DNA of 64,000 bases from Candidatus Latescibacterota bacterium. GTDB taxonomy: Bacteria; Latescibacterota; UBA2968; UBA8231. Shown here piece by piece: positions 20,095-30,014 of the stretch. Numbering within the stretch: the stretch's first letter is position 1; every line of letters begins with the position of its first letter. Location of the stretch: the NCBI GenBank assembly GCA_965215195.1, contig CBDCDC010000002.1:224001-288000 (forward strand). The letters are read 5' to 3'. The translations under genes and the position numbers were made by a program. Under the pieces are notes generated by a model, which saw only the letters and a list, made by a program, of their open reading frames with translations, was not told where the DNA came from and did not search any database.

Positions 20095-20157
20095 AAATGC
20101 AAATCCCCACGAGAGCGCGCTCTGCCTGCGAAGGCAGGGGCTGCGTAACATCCCTAT

Positions 20158-23037
20158 TCAGCGGTTGTAACTGACCGAAATCGAGAACGAACGGCCCTTG
20201 CGGTACTGGCTGGAGATGTAGTCGTTGCCTTGGTAGCGGTAGGCCCTTGCAAAGGAGGAGTTGAGGAGGTTTTTGGCGCTCAGCTTGATTTTGTAGTCGT
20301 GCCACTGCTGGGAGATGGTGCAGTCGAGGGTGCCGCGCATTTCTTCAAATACATCTGGAGTGCCGCCGAGGCTGACTTCGGCCAAGCGGCGGCCGAAGAC
20401 GTTGTAGTAGATGCCGGCCGCCGTGCCGGTGGCGAAGTTGTCGTAGCTGAAGTCGAGGTTGAAGAGGAAGGGCGATTGGCCTTGCAGCGAGCGCTTACTG
20501 GCGGCCTGCGGGTTGAGGGCCCGGCGCAGCTTTAGCTCGGTGGAGTCGATGCTGACCTCGGAGCGGACCAGTGAGAGGTTGCCGCCGGCGTGGAAGTGCT
20601 CTAGCTGGGGTAGGAGGAATCCGAGGCCGTGCCGCGCCTCAAACTCAACCCCGGCCACTTGGGCGGCCTCGACGTTCTGGAACTGGACCTCGCCGTTGAC
20701 GGTGAGAATGACGCGCTCAATGGGGTTTTTGAAGTCCTTGTAGAACGCGCTGGCCGCGTACAGCTCGCCCGGGTTGCCAAAGTGCTCCCAGCGCAAGTCG
20801 TAGTTGTTGATCAGGGTGCGCTCTAGCGCGGCGTTGCCGATAAAGGTGAAGCCGCCGACAAAGCTGAACGAGGCAAATGGGGCCAGTTCGCGGAAGGTGG
20901 GGCGGGCGAGGGTGCGGCCGTAGGAAGCGCGCACGTTCGTGCCGGGGCCGAGCTCCCAGACGGCGTTGAGCGAGGGCAGCAGGTCGTTTTCCGCAAGCTG
21001 GCCGACGGCCTTGGTTGAGTCTTGGCTAGCCACGTTGATGCGCGTGGCTTCGAGTCGGGTGCCGGCGACGAGGCGCAGTGCGGTATTGATGGGCAATTCG
21101 AGCATGGCGTAGCCGGCGTAGATTTGCTGGTCGCCGTCGAAATTGCTCGAAAGCTGGGTGGCATCTTGGACGTAGGAGCCGAAGCGGTAGTGACCGCTGT
21201 CGTCGCTGATCAGCCCGACCTTTTCGGCGGCAAAAAAGGTGTCGGGCTGGCCGTCGTACCCGATGTCGTCTTGGTCAAATTCGTAGCGCCGCTCGCGGAA
21301 AGTGCGCGTTTTGTCCAGCACCAAGAAGCCGGTTTTGCAGTGGCTGTTGATGCCCTGCCACGTCAGATTGAGCTGAAGTTCGCGGTTGCGCTCGTCGAGG
21401 TCGCGGAAGTAGCGAGTGGGCAGCGGGTAGATGGAAGGCGAGATCGAATAATTCGTGACCGGGCCGCGAATGACTTTGTCGTTTTCGTCGCGCATCACCT
21501 CGCCGTTTTCGCGGCGCAGCGGGCGGATTTTGGTGACGTAGTTGTTGGTAAAAAATCGCAGGTCAGGCTCTTCTTGCGCCGAAGCAGAAGTAGAAGCCGA
21601 CCACTCGGCCCGCAGGTTGTGCAAGCTGCTAAAATGGTGTTTGCCGGCTAGTTGCAGCGATTGGATTTGACGCTCGGTGAACTGCAAAACGCGCGTCTCG
21701 TAAATGGCGTCCTCCTCGAGGTCGCGGGGGAATGCGCCGGCTAGGTAGCGGGCGACATCTTCGCTGTTGCGGTTGTACATGTTGGTGACCGACAGCTCGT
21801 GCGTGGGGGCCGGCTTGAGGGACAAGGTAACGAGGCTGCCCCAGGCGATTTCCTGCGACCCCCGGGTGTCGGCCAAGTTAAAATTATTGGTCAGGGTGCT
21901 GGCCTCCTTGCTGGTGAGCTGCCAGCGGGCCGAGGTGCCGCTGTCGTAAAAGGAGGTGCTGTTGCTGTAGATCAGGGTGCCGAGAAAGCCGAAGGGTTTG
22001 TCCAAGAGCGAGACTTGGTTGCCCAAGGCGACCGCATAGCTCTGGTTCAGGGGTGTGGTCGCAGTGGTGGGGGCCATGACCGCGGAGAACGACTTGGAGT
22101 ACTCGTCGAGTTGGAGGGCCTTTTCCTCGTCGTTGTACGCGGCCCCCACATCGGGGATTTGTACCTCGCCGGCGGCCAAGGCCGCGGGAATTTCTCGCGT
22201 CCCGTCATCGACCCCAATCCAATCGAGAGCTCCGCCCTCGTAGGTGAGGAATTGGTCGTTGAACGCACTCTGGGTATTGAACTTGGTCGAGGCCGAGACG
22301 GAAAGGGTGAAGTTATCCGGGAAGGCTTTGGTGCCGATGTTGACGGCGCCGCCGGTAAAGTCGCCGGGCTTGTCTGGGGTGAAGCTCTTGGTGGTGACGA
22401 TATTGTCCAAGAGAGAAGTGGGAAAGAGGTCCATGGGAACGGACCGCTTGTCGGGATCGGCGTTGGGAAGCGAGGAGCCGTTGAGCTGGACCGAGCTGTA
22501 GCGGTCGCCTAGACCGCGAATATAGACGTATTTGCCATCTACTACGGAGGCCCCGGTTACGTGGGACATGGCCTCGGCCGCGTCGCCGCTGCCGGCGCGT
22601 GCGATTTCCTCGGCACTGATGGCATCGCTCAGGGCCGGGGCCTTTTGGCGCTCCTTGAGTAGGGCCGCAGCGGTATTGCGCAGGGCCTTGGCCTCAACGA
22701 CGACCTCGTCGTCAAGTTCTAGGGCTTCGGGCATGAGGGTGATGACCAACTTGGCGACCTCGCCATCTTGCACCTCAACGCCGATGATCGACGCATTCTG
22801 ATAGCCGATCATCGAACTAGCCAGCACATAGGTCCCCAGCGGGACGTCAAAGAGCTGAAACCGACCCTCGACATCGCAGGTCGTGCCGATCTGAGTGCCT
22901 TCTAGAAAAACGATCGCACCCACGAGCGGGTCGCCGGTCTGGCGATCGAGGACCGCGCCGGAGACAGTGCCTTGGGCCCCAGCGGGACGGGCAACAGCCA
23001 AAAGGACGAGGCCGGCAATGGACAAGCAGCGCTTCAT
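20158..23037 (-). CDS. TonB-dependent receptor with N-terminal carboxypeptidase regulatory-like domain
   Basis: Start MKRCLSIAG after GGAGG; plug motifs YVYIRGLGDRYS, DLFPTSLLDNI and GDFTGGAV; barrel motifs ARPTFRELAPF and KNLLN. Confidence 0.93.
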   Translation of the reverse strand: MKRCLSIAGLVLLAVARPAGAQGTVSGAVLDRQTGDPLVGAIVFLEGTQIGTTCDVEGRFQLFDVPLGTYVLASSMIGYQNASIIGVEVQDGEVAKLVITLMPEALELDDEVVVEAKALRNTAAALLKERQKAPALSDAISAEEIARAGSGDAAEAMSHVTGASVVDGKYVYIRGLGDRYSSVQLNGSSLPNADPDKRSVPMDLFPTSLLDNIVTTKSFTPDKPGDFTGGAVNIGTKAFPDNFTLSVSASTKFNTQSAFNDQFLTYEGGALDWIGVDDGTREIPAALAAGEVQIPDVGAAYNDEEKALQLDEYSKSFSAVMAPTTATTPLNQSYAVALGNQVSLLDKPFGFLGTLIYSNSTSFYDSGTSARWQLTSKEASTLTNNFNLADTRGSQEIAWGSLVTLSLKPAPTHELSVTNMYNRNSEDVARYLAGAFPRDLEEDAIYETRVLQFTERQIQSLQLAGKHHFSSLHNLRAEWSASTSASAQEEPDLRFFTNNYVTKIRPLRRENGEVMRDENDKVIRGPVTNYSISPSIYPLPTRYFRDLDERNRELQLNLTWQGINSHCKTGFLVLDKTRTFRERRYEFDQDDIGYDGQPDTFFAAEKVGLISDDSGHYRFGSYVQDATQLSSNFDGDQQIYAGYAMLELPINTALRLVAGTRLEATRINVASQDSTKAVGQLAENDLLPSLNAVWELGPGTNVRASYGRTLARPTFRELAPFASFSFVGGFTFIGNAALERTLINNYDLRWEHFGNPGELYAASAFYKDFKNPIERVILTVNGEVQFQNVEAAQVAGVEFEARHGLGFLLPQLEHFHAGGNLSLVRSEVSIDSTELKLRRALNPQAASKRSLQGQSPFLFNLDFSYDNFATGTAAGIYYNVFGRRLAEVSLGGTPDVFEEMRGTLDCTISQQWHDYKIKLSAKNLLNSSFARAYRYQGNDYISSQYRKGRSFSISVSYNR

Positions 23038-23057
23038 GGATGGACAACCTCCCTTGG

Positions 23058-23180
23058 AAAGTACACGACCGTAGGGCCTTACCCTCGGATCGAGGGCATC
23101 TTGCCCTCGTCGAGGGCGGGACGCCCTCGATCCCGGACTCATCGCCCATCAACGACAAGTTATTGGTGTCGTGTAGTTAG
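23058..23180 (+). mobile_element. Degenerate MITE A-related element
   Basis: Internal doublet ggatcgagggcatcttgccctcgtcgagggcgggacgccctcgatccc; right end ggtgtcgtgtagttag; decayed left end aagtacacgacc; no TSD seen. Confidence 0.7.
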
Positions 23181-23285
23181 GGTAAAAGCAAAAATGATAG
23201 AGAGGCTGTGTTGAGAAGAGGTTACTGCAAAATTACAATCCGGTGCCAAGGGGTCTTGAAGGGGGTAGGTCCAGCATGGAAAACC

Positions 23286-23325
23286 GTAACCATTTCGTAA
23301 CAATAGTGTAACGATAGCGTCATAT
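23286..23325 (+). promoter_or_regulatory. Pho box (four direct repeats at 11-bp period)
   Basis: gtaacc 23286, gtaaca 23297, gtaacg 23308, gtcata 23319, upstream of the porin-pstSCAB-phoUBR operon. Confidence 0.75.
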
Positions 23326-23405
23326 TGCGAGCGCATTTATTTATTTGGGGAGCAAAAAGACACAAAAGCCGCAGAATTTCGCACCGTGCGAGGGAGAATT
23401 GTAAC

Positions 23406-24344
23406 ATGAAAAAAGTGACGCTGATCGCCGTGTTGCTTTTCTGCTTGGTCTCCGCAGCTCGAGCCGGGGAGGGCAAGATCAAGGGCGTTATGTTTGGCGA
23501 CTACTACTATGTATTGGCCCCTGACGAGGACTCCAAGCGCAATGCTTTCCAGTTCCGCCGTCTGTACTTCACATACCAGAAGGATATCGCCCCTGACTTT
23601 GCCATTCGCTTCCGCCTCGAAGCCAAGGACGCGGGGTTTGCCCAAGGCGCGAAGATGATCCCTTTCGTCAAGCACTCCTACTTGCAGTGGAAGAAGGCGC
23701 TATACTTGGGGCTTTCGGGGACGCCGACTTGGGCGGTTGCCGAAAAGGTCTGGGGCTACCGCTCGGTAGCCAAGACCGTGCTCGATTGGAATGGAATCGG
23801 CTCTTCGGCCGACTTGGGCGCGGCTCTCAAGGGCAAGGCCGACCGGCTGAGCTATCACCTGATGGTCGGCAACGGTCCCGGACAGAAGTCAGAGGACGAC
23901 CACGGCAAGAAGGTCTATGGTTCGTTGAGTTTTGAGGCGGCGGACGGATTGGTGTTGGAAGGCTATGCCGACTTTAATGCAAAGCCGGCGGGTCGCAACG
24001 AGCGGACCTTCAAGGGCTTTGTCGGCTGGCAGGGAGCAAAGGGCGCGGCCGGGCTGGAGGTCTTCTCGCGCACCAACGAGCGGGCCGGCACCAACGGCGA
24101 AGACGAGGTCATGGCCGGGGTCTCGGCCTTTGGTTCGCTGCCGCTAAGGGCTGCGCTCAAGGGCTTTGGCCGGCTCGACGGGGTCGCCCACCGCGCCGCG
24201 GATACCACTGATTGGCTCTTCATCGCCGGCCTTGACTACGCCGCCGCTCCAGCCGTCCACCTGATGCCCAATGTGATCGTTGAGTTGCCCGAGGGCCGCG
24301 ATTCCCATGTCGAGGGGCGGCTGACCTTTTTCTGCAAATTTTAA
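23406..24344 (+). CDS. Outer-membrane porin, probably phosphate-selective (OprO/P-like)
   Basis: Signal peptide, AFQFRRLYFTY, WGYRSVAKT, amphipathic beta-strands, terminal Phe; first gene of the pst operon. Confidence 0.75.
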   Translation: MKKVTLIAVLLFCLVSAARAGEGKIKGVMFGDYYYVLAPDEDSKRNAFQFRRLYFTYQKDIAPDFAIRFRLEAKDAGFAQGAKMIPFVKHSYLQWKKALYLGLSGTPTWAVAEKVWGYRSVAKTVLDWNGIGSSADLGAALKGKADRLSYHLMVGNGPGQKSEDDHGKKVYGSLSFEAADGLVLEGYADFNAKPAGRNERTFKGFVGWQGAKGAAGLEVFSRTNERAGTNGEDEVMAGVSAFGSLPLRAALKGFGRLDGVAHRAADTTDWLFIAGLDYAAAPAVHLMPNVIVELPEGRDSHVEGRLTFFCKF

Positions 24345-24352
24345 GGCGCGCT

Positions 24353-24392
24353 GTAACTCAGAGTTCATCCGCGAGACACGCGGATGTAACAC
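24353..24392 (+). promoter_or_regulatory. Possible Pho box upstream of pstS
   Basis: gtaact 24353 and gtaaca 24386 in 11-bp phase, with weaker units between. Confidence 0.45.
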
Positions 24393-24443
24393 AAATCCTG
24401 CAAATTGCAAAACGGCCATTGAAATGGCATGGGGAACGCAAAA

Positions 24444-25415
24444 ATGAAAAAAAAATGGATCGGGATGGTGCTGATGGGGTGGGTGTTCGCCGCTGGCGTC
24501 CACGCGCAGACCATCGCCGTAGATGAGCGGATCGCCCCCTACGAAAAGGTGCGCGGTCTGTCCGGCAATGCCAGCAGCATTGGCTCGGACACCATGAACA
24601 ACATGATGGCGCTGTGGCTGGAGGCTTTTCGCAAGTACTATCCCAACGTCAAGATCCAAATTGAGGGTAAGGGGTCGAGTACAGCACCGCCGGCCCTGAT
24701 CGAGGGCACGGCCCAGTTCGGGCCGATGTCGCGGCCCATGAAGTCGAGCGAGGAGGACAAATTCGACCGCACCTTCGGCTATAAGCCAACGCCCTTGCGG
24801 GCCGCGCTTGACGCGCTGGCGGTCTTTGTCAACAAGGACAACCCCATCGAGGGCCTGACCCTGCCGCAGGTCGATGCGATTTTTTCCAAGACCCGCCGCA
24901 GCGAGTTTCCCCAAGATATCGCCACTTGGGGCCCGTTGGGGTTAGAAGGGGATTGGGCCAAGGCCCGGATCAGCCTCTACGGCCGCAACTCGGCGTCGGG
25001 CACCTATGGCTTTTTCAAAAAGCAGGCCCTGTTCAAAGGCGACTATAAAGACGAAGTCAAAGAGCAGCCCGGGTCGGCGTCGGTCGTGCAGGGGATTACC
25101 GAGGACCGCTTTGCCATAGGCTACAGCGGCATTGGCTATCGGACCTCTGGCGTGCGCGTCGTGCCGTTGGCCAAGGCCGAGGGACAGGAGTTTAGGCAAG
25201 GCTCCATGGAAAACGTCCTCAACGGCTCCTATCCCCTTGGTCGCTTCCTATACATTTATATAAACAAGGCGCCCGGCCAAGCCATGGACCCGCTGGTGAG
25301 GGAATTCTGCGCGTTCATTTTTTCCAAAGAGGGTCAAGAAATTGTGGTCAAAGACGGCTATATGCCCGTGCCGTTTGAAGTGGCCCAAGCCGAATTGGCC
25401 AAATTGGATATCTAA
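24444..25415 (+). CDS. pstS: Phosphate ABC transporter substrate-binding protein
   Basis: GSDTM, EGKGSSTAPPAL, GPMSR, YGRNSASGTYGFFK, EQPGSASVV and YPLGRFLYIY. Confidence 0.95.
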   Translation: MKKKWIGMVLMGWVFAAGVHAQTIAVDERIAPYEKVRGLSGNASSIGSDTMNNMMALWLEAFRKYYPNVKIQIEGKGSSTAPPALIEGTAQFGPMSRPMKSSEEDKFDRTFGYKPTPLRAALDALAVFVNKDNPIEGLTLPQVDAIFSKTRRSEFPQDIATWGPLGLEGDWAKARISLYGRNSASGTYGFFKKQALFKGDYKDEVKEQPGSASVVQGITEDRFAIGYSGIGYRTSGVRVVPLAKAEGQEFRQGSMENVLNGSYPLGRFLYIYINKAPGQAMDPLVREFCAFIFSKEGQEIVVKDGYMPVPFEVAQAELAKLDI

Positions 25416-25427
25416 GAGCGCGAGCAC

Positions 25428-27632
25428 GTGACTCAAAAGCCATATAAGCGCGGGATCACGCGGCGGGCGCAAGCCCTTGACTGGCTGGGTGGGCGCTTCA
25501 TTTCCTTGGGCGGCATCGGCATTATTGCAGCCGTCTTGGGGATATTCGTCTTCGTCCTCGCCGAGGCTTGGCCCCTGTTTAGCGCCCCGGCGCTAAAAGC
25601 AGAAAAGGCGCACCAAGCGGCCGGCGCATTCGCCATTGGGCTCGATCCCTATTACCAGACCGCGTATGCGGTCGGCCCGCAAGGCGTGGATTTGTTGCGG
25701 TTGGACGATGGCCAAATCATCCGCCGCGAGCGGCCGGCCGAGTTGGCGGGCCGCGAGGTAACGGCCGCACAGCGTGCGCCAAACGACGTTTTGGCACTGG
25801 GCACGGACGATGGCCACCTGCTGGTGGCGCAGGTTCGCTTTCGGCTCGATTACAGCAGCGGTCAGCGGCAGGTGGTGCCGCAATTTGCGGCTGAGCGCCT
25901 CGTGGCGGTCGATCCAGCGGGCGAGCCGCTGGTGCAGGTGGCCTTTCGGGAAGGGGACGACGGCCGCTCGGCCGCGGCCGCGATTGCGGCGAGTGGCCGC
26001 TTGGTGGTGATGATAGCCGAGCAGCAGCAGGGCCTATTGGGGCCGGGCGAGCGCAAAGCCATGCACTACGAGCTAACGGCCGACTTCGACGGCAAGGCCA
26101 CGCAGGTGCTGCTCGACGGCCGCATTCGCCAAGTGCTCGTGGGCACAGACCAAGGGCAGGTATGCGAGTGGCGGCTGGGTCCAGTGGAGCAAGCGCCGGC
26201 GTTTGCCGGGTGCATGGCCGTCTCAGAGGCTGCGGTCTCGGCGCTGGCCTACGCGCTGGGCGAGATTTCGCTGGTCGTCGGCGACGCGGCCGGGCGCGTC
26301 AGCACTTGGTTTAAGGTCGAGGAAGCCGGGCAGCGCTCGTATCGCAAAATCCACGCCTTGGCCTCTCATGCGGCGGCCGTTACCCACATTGCCGCTTCCG
26401 TGCGCGACAAGCAGTTTCTCACGGCCGACGCCGACGGGGCGATAGCCCTGCACCACCTGACCTCCGAGCAGACGGCCTTGCAATGGCCGGGCCAATCCCC
26501 GGTGGCCGCGTTGGTCTTCGCGCCCAAGGTCGACGGGTTTTTGCTCCTCGGCCAAGATGGGTGGTTGCGGTGCTTTGCCCTAGACCACCCCCATCCCGAA
26601 ATCAGCGCGGCCGTGCTCTTCGGCCCCATCTGGTACGAGGGCTACCAAGGCCGCGAATACGTGTGGCAGTCCACCGGCGGCACGGACGAGTTTGAGCCGA
26701 AGCTCAGCTTGGTGCCGCTGATTTGGGGCACGGCCAAGGGCACCCTCTACGCCATGCTCTTTGCGCTGCCCTTGGCGATTTTAGCGGCCATTTACACGGC
26801 CGAATTTGCCGCGCCGCGGGTGCAGGGCTTGGTCAAGCCGTCCGTGGAGGTCATGGCCTCGTTGCCGAGCGTCATCTTGGGCTTTCTCGCCGGCTTGTGG
26901 CTGGCCCCCCTGCTCGAATCGCACTTGTTGGGGACCTTGCTGCTGCTGCCGACCGTGCCGGTCGTGGTCATGGCCGCGGCTTGGTTGTGGCAATACGCCC
27001 CGGCCGCTTGGGTGCGCGGGGTAGCGCGGGTGGGGGAGATGTACTTGCTCGGCGCGGCTACCCTGCTGGTCGCTTGCGCGGCGTACGCGCTGGGCCCGGC
27101 CTTTGAGGAACTGGCCTTTGACGGGCACTTCCTGCGCTGGCTGCGGCAAGACGCCGGCGTTGGCTACGACCAGCGCAACTGCTTGGTGGTGGGGTTTGCC
27201 ATGGGCTTTGCGGTCATTCCGCTGGTCTTTACGATATGCGAGGACGCGCTCTCCAGCGTGCCCGGGCACTTGCGCGCCGGCTCGCTGGCCTTGGGGGCCA
27301 CGCCTTGGCAGACGGCGATCAAGGTGGTGTTGCCCATGGCCCTGCCGGGCATTTTCTCGGCCGCCATGATCGGGCTCGGCCGCGCCATTGGGGAAACCAT
27401 GATCGTGCTGATGGCCACGGGCAATACCCCGATCATGGATTGGAACATCTTCAACGGTATGCGCACCATCTCGGCCAATATCGCGGTGGAGCTGCCCGAA
27501 GCGCCGCACCAAGGTACGCTCTACCGAGTGCTCTTCCTCAGCGGCCTGCTGCTGTTTGTGGCCACCTTCTGCATCAATTCGCTGGCCGAGGTCGTGCGCC
27601 AGCGCTTGCGGGACAAATACAATCGACTGTGA
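25428..27632 (+). CDS. pstC: Phosphate ABC permease with WD40-like periplasmic domain
   Basis: YVWQSTGGTDEFEPKLSLVPL, KPSVEVMASLPSV, EDALSSVP and GRAIGETMIVLMATGN. Confidence 0.93.
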   Translation: MTQKPYKRGITRRAQALDWLGGRFISLGGIGIIAAVLGIFVFVLAEAWPLFSAPALKAEKAHQAAGAFAIGLDPYYQTAYAVGPQGVDLLRLDDGQIIRRERPAELAGREVTAAQRAPNDVLALGTDDGHLLVAQVRFRLDYSSGQRQVVPQFAAERLVAVDPAGEPLVQVAFREGDDGRSAAAAIAASGRLVVMIAEQQQGLLGPGERKAMHYELTADFDGKATQVLLDGRIRQVLVGTDQGQVCEWRLGPVEQAPAFAGCMAVSEAAVSALAYALGEISLVVGDAAGRVSTWFKVEEAGQRSYRKIHALASHAAAVTHIAASVRDKQFLTADADGAIALHHLTSEQTALQWPGQSPVAALVFAPKVDGFLLLGQDGWLRCFALDHPHPEISAAVLFGPIWYEGYQGREYVWQSTGGTDEFEPKLSLVPLIWGTAKGTLYAMLFALPLAILAAIYTAEFAAPRVQGLVKPSVEVMASLPSVILGFLAGLWLAPLLESHLLGTLLLLPTVPVVVMAAAWLWQYAPAAWVRGVARVGEMYLLGAATLLVACAAYALGPAFEELAFDGHFLRWLRQDAGVGYDQRNCLVVGFAMGFAVIPLVFTICEDALSSVPGHLRAGSLALGATPWQTAIKVVLPMALPGIFSAAMIGLGRAIGETMIVLMATGNTPIMDWNIFNGMRTISANIAVELPEAPHQGTLYRVLFLSGLLLFVATFCINSLAEVVRQRLRDKYNRL

Positions 27633-29224
27633 TGGGCTTCTGGCGTCGGGGCGACCCTTTTATCTGGCTTACGGGCGGGGCATTGGCCCTGTGCTTGGCG
27701 ATGATCGCCGGCTTGGTGGGGATCATTGCCTATCACGGCACCGGCGTGTTCTGGCCGCAGGATTTGACCCTGTTGCGCCTCAAAGAGGGCCCGCCGATCA
27801 TGGGCAAACTAGTGGACCGCCAGCCCATTCCCGGGGCCGCCGGACGCTATCGAGTGCAGCTAAAGGTCGGCAACCGCGACGTGTATGGCCAAGACTTTCG
27901 CTGGGTGGATGAAGACGCGATTGCCGAGCGCGAAACGCCGCTTGAGGCCGTGGTCTTTGAGCGGGTTGAGTGGGGGGATATGCACGGCTTTATCGCGGCC
28001 TTGTACGAGGAGGAGCGGCTGCTGGCCAAAGGGGAGGGGGTCTGGGGGGCCTTGCAGGAGTTGATGGATCAGGCCGGCGAATTGGGCGAGCGCATCCGCG
28101 CCTTGGAGCGCGGAGCAATCAGCGAGTTCAACCACGAGATAGAGGACTTGCGCCGGCAAGAGCGGCGCTTGCAAGGCGAGCAAAACGACGCGCAACGCGC
28201 CGCCAACGAGGAGCGCCGCCAGGCCCTGTGGGCCGAGCACGAGGCCCTGTCCGGGCGCTTGGACGAGCTGCGGGCGCAGCAGGAGCGCTGGGCGGTGGAG
28301 GTTGTGCTGGCCGGAGGCGCAACGCGCCGCGTGGCCGTGGGGGCCATCGTCCGCGCCTATCGCCCCAATTTGATGGGCGTCGGGGCCAAGGTGCAGACCT
28401 ATCTGTCCAAGGGCTGGGAGTTCGTGGCGGGCGAGCCGCGTGAATCCAACACCGAGGGCGGCATATTCCCCGCGCTCTTTGGCACGGTGATGATGGTGGT
28501 GCTGATGAGCTTGGCGGCCGTGCCCTTTGGGATCCTCGCGGCGCTCTACCTGCGCGAGTACGCCCGGCAGGGCCTTTTGGTGCGCCTCGTGCGCATTGCG
28601 GTCAACAACTTGGCCGGCGTACCTTCCATTGTTTTTGGCATGTTTGGGCTGGGCTTCTTCGTGTACGGCATCGGCGGCAGCATTGACCAGCTCTTTTACG
28701 CGGATGCCCTGCCGACGCCCACCTATGGCACCGGCGGCATTCTCTGGGCTTCGCTGACCCTCGCCCTGCTGACGGTTCCAGTCGTCATCGTCGCCACCGA
28801 GGAGGGCTTGGCGGCCGTGCCGCGGGAGATGCGCGAAGGTGCGCTGGCTTTGGGGGCGACCAAATTTCAGATGATTTGGAGCGTGGTCCTGCCCAGCGCC
28901 CTGCCGGGCATTCTCACCGGGGTCATCTTGGCCACGGCGCGCGGGGCCGGCGAGGTTGCGCCGCTGATGATCACCGGCGTCGTCAAGCTGGCACCGGATT
29001 TACCGCTCGATGCGTTCGCGCCGTTTTTTCACCTAGAGCGCAAGTTTATGCACTTGGGCTTCCACATCTACGACGTGGGCTTCCAGTCGCCCAATGTGGA
29101 GGCGGCCCGGCCCATGGTGTACACCACGGCCCTGCTGCTGTTGGCCATTGTGTTGCTCTTGAATTTGACGGCGATTGTCGTCCGCAACAAACTGCGTAGG
29201 AAATACGCCATGTCGGCCTTTTAG
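27632..29224 (+). CDS. pstA: Phosphate ABC permease with coiled-coil periplasmic domain
   Basis: [35 protein letters not shown] and [10 protein letters not shown]; start overlaps the pstC stop. Confidence 0.93.
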   Translation: MGFWRRGDPFIWLTGGALALCLAMIAGLVGIIAYHGTGVFWPQDLTLLRLKEGPPIMGKLVDRQPIPGAAGRYRVQLKVGNRDVYGQDFRWVDEDAIAERETPLEAVVFERVEWGDMHGFIAALYEEERLLAKGEGVWGALQELMDQAGELGERIRALERGAISEFNHEIEDLRRQERRLQGEQNDAQRAANEERRQALWAEHEALSGRLDELRAQQERWAVEVVLAGGATRRVAVGAIVRAYRPNLMGVGAKVQTYLSKGWEFVAGEPRESNTEGGIFPALFGTVMMVVLMSLAAVPFGILAALYLREYARQGLLVRLVRIAVNNLAGVPSIVFGMFGLGFFVYGIGGSIDQLFYADALPTPTYGTGGILWASLTLALLTVPVVIVATEEGLAAVPREMREGALALGATKFQMIWSVVLPSALPGILTGVILATARGAGEVAPLMITGVVKLAPDLPLDAFAPFFHLERKFMHLGFHIYDVGFQSPNVEAARPMVYTTALLLLAIVLLLNLTAIVVRNKLRRKYAMSAF

Positions 29225-29232
29225 GAGATGCA

Positions 29233-30000
29233 ATGAGCAAGCCTCCAGCCCCCATCGTCGAAGTGGAAAACCTGAACATGTTCTACGGCGCGACTCAGGC
29301 CCTGCACGACATTGACCTGCGCATTCCCGAGGGCGAGGTGACCGCGTTTATCGGGCCTTCGGGCTGCGGCAAATCAACGCTCTTGCGCTGCTTCAATCGC
29401 CTCAACGACCTGATCGAATCCGCGCACATTGAAGGCTCGGTGCGGGTCAGCGGCCGCGACATTTACGCGCCCAATTGCGATGTGATCGACTTGCGGCGGC
29501 GGGTGGGCATGGTGTTCCAAAAGTCCAATCCCTTCCCCAAGTCCATCTATGAGAACGTGGCCTATGGCCTGCGGATCGCCGGGGAAAACCGCCGCTGGGT
29601 ACTCGACGAAGCCGTGGAGAAGAGCTTGCGAGCGGCCGCGCTGTGGGACGAGGTCAAGGACCGGCTCAAGGACGGGGCTATGGGCCTGTCCGGCGGCCAG
29701 CAGCAGCGGCTGTGCATCGCGCGCACCCTCGCGGTTGAGCCGGAGGTGGTGCTGATGGACGAGCCTTGCTCGGCGCTGGACCCGATTGCCACCGCGCGGA
29801 TCGAGGAGACGATCACCGAGTTGAAGTCCGCTTACACCATCATCGTGGTCACGCACAATCTGCAACAGGCCGCGCGGATTTCCACGTATACGGCCTTTTA
29901 TTATCTAGGCGCCTTGATCGAATTCAGCCAGACCGCAGACATGTTCACCAATCCCCGCAGCAAACAGACCGAAGACTACGTAACCGGCCGCTTCGGCTGA
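29233..30000 (+). CDS. pstB: Phosphate ABC ATP-binding protein
   Basis: [40 protein letters not shown] and [10 protein letters not shown]. Confidence 0.97.
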   Translation: MSKPPAPIVEVENLNMFYGATQALHDIDLRIPEGEVTAFIGPSGCGKSTLLRCFNRLNDLIESAHIEGSVRVSGRDIYAPNCDVIDLRRRVGMVFQKSNPFPKSIYENVAYGLRIAGENRRWVLDEAVEKSLRAAALWDEVKDRLKDGAMGLSGGQQQRLCIARTLAVEPEVVLMDEPCSALDPIATARIEETITELKSAYTIIVVTHNLQQAARISTYTAFYYLGALIEFSQTADMFTNPRSKQTEDYVTGRFG

Positions 30001-30014
30001 GGTGGAAAGGCACC

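Noticed and set aside
23038-23142. N-terminal extension of the TonB receptor in the ORF track
   Set aside because: Derived from the MITE-like element; the real start with RBS and signal peptide is at 23037
25428-29224. Unusually long PstC (WD40-like insert) and PstA (coiled-coil insert)
   Set aside because: A known long-form Pst permease type, not novel
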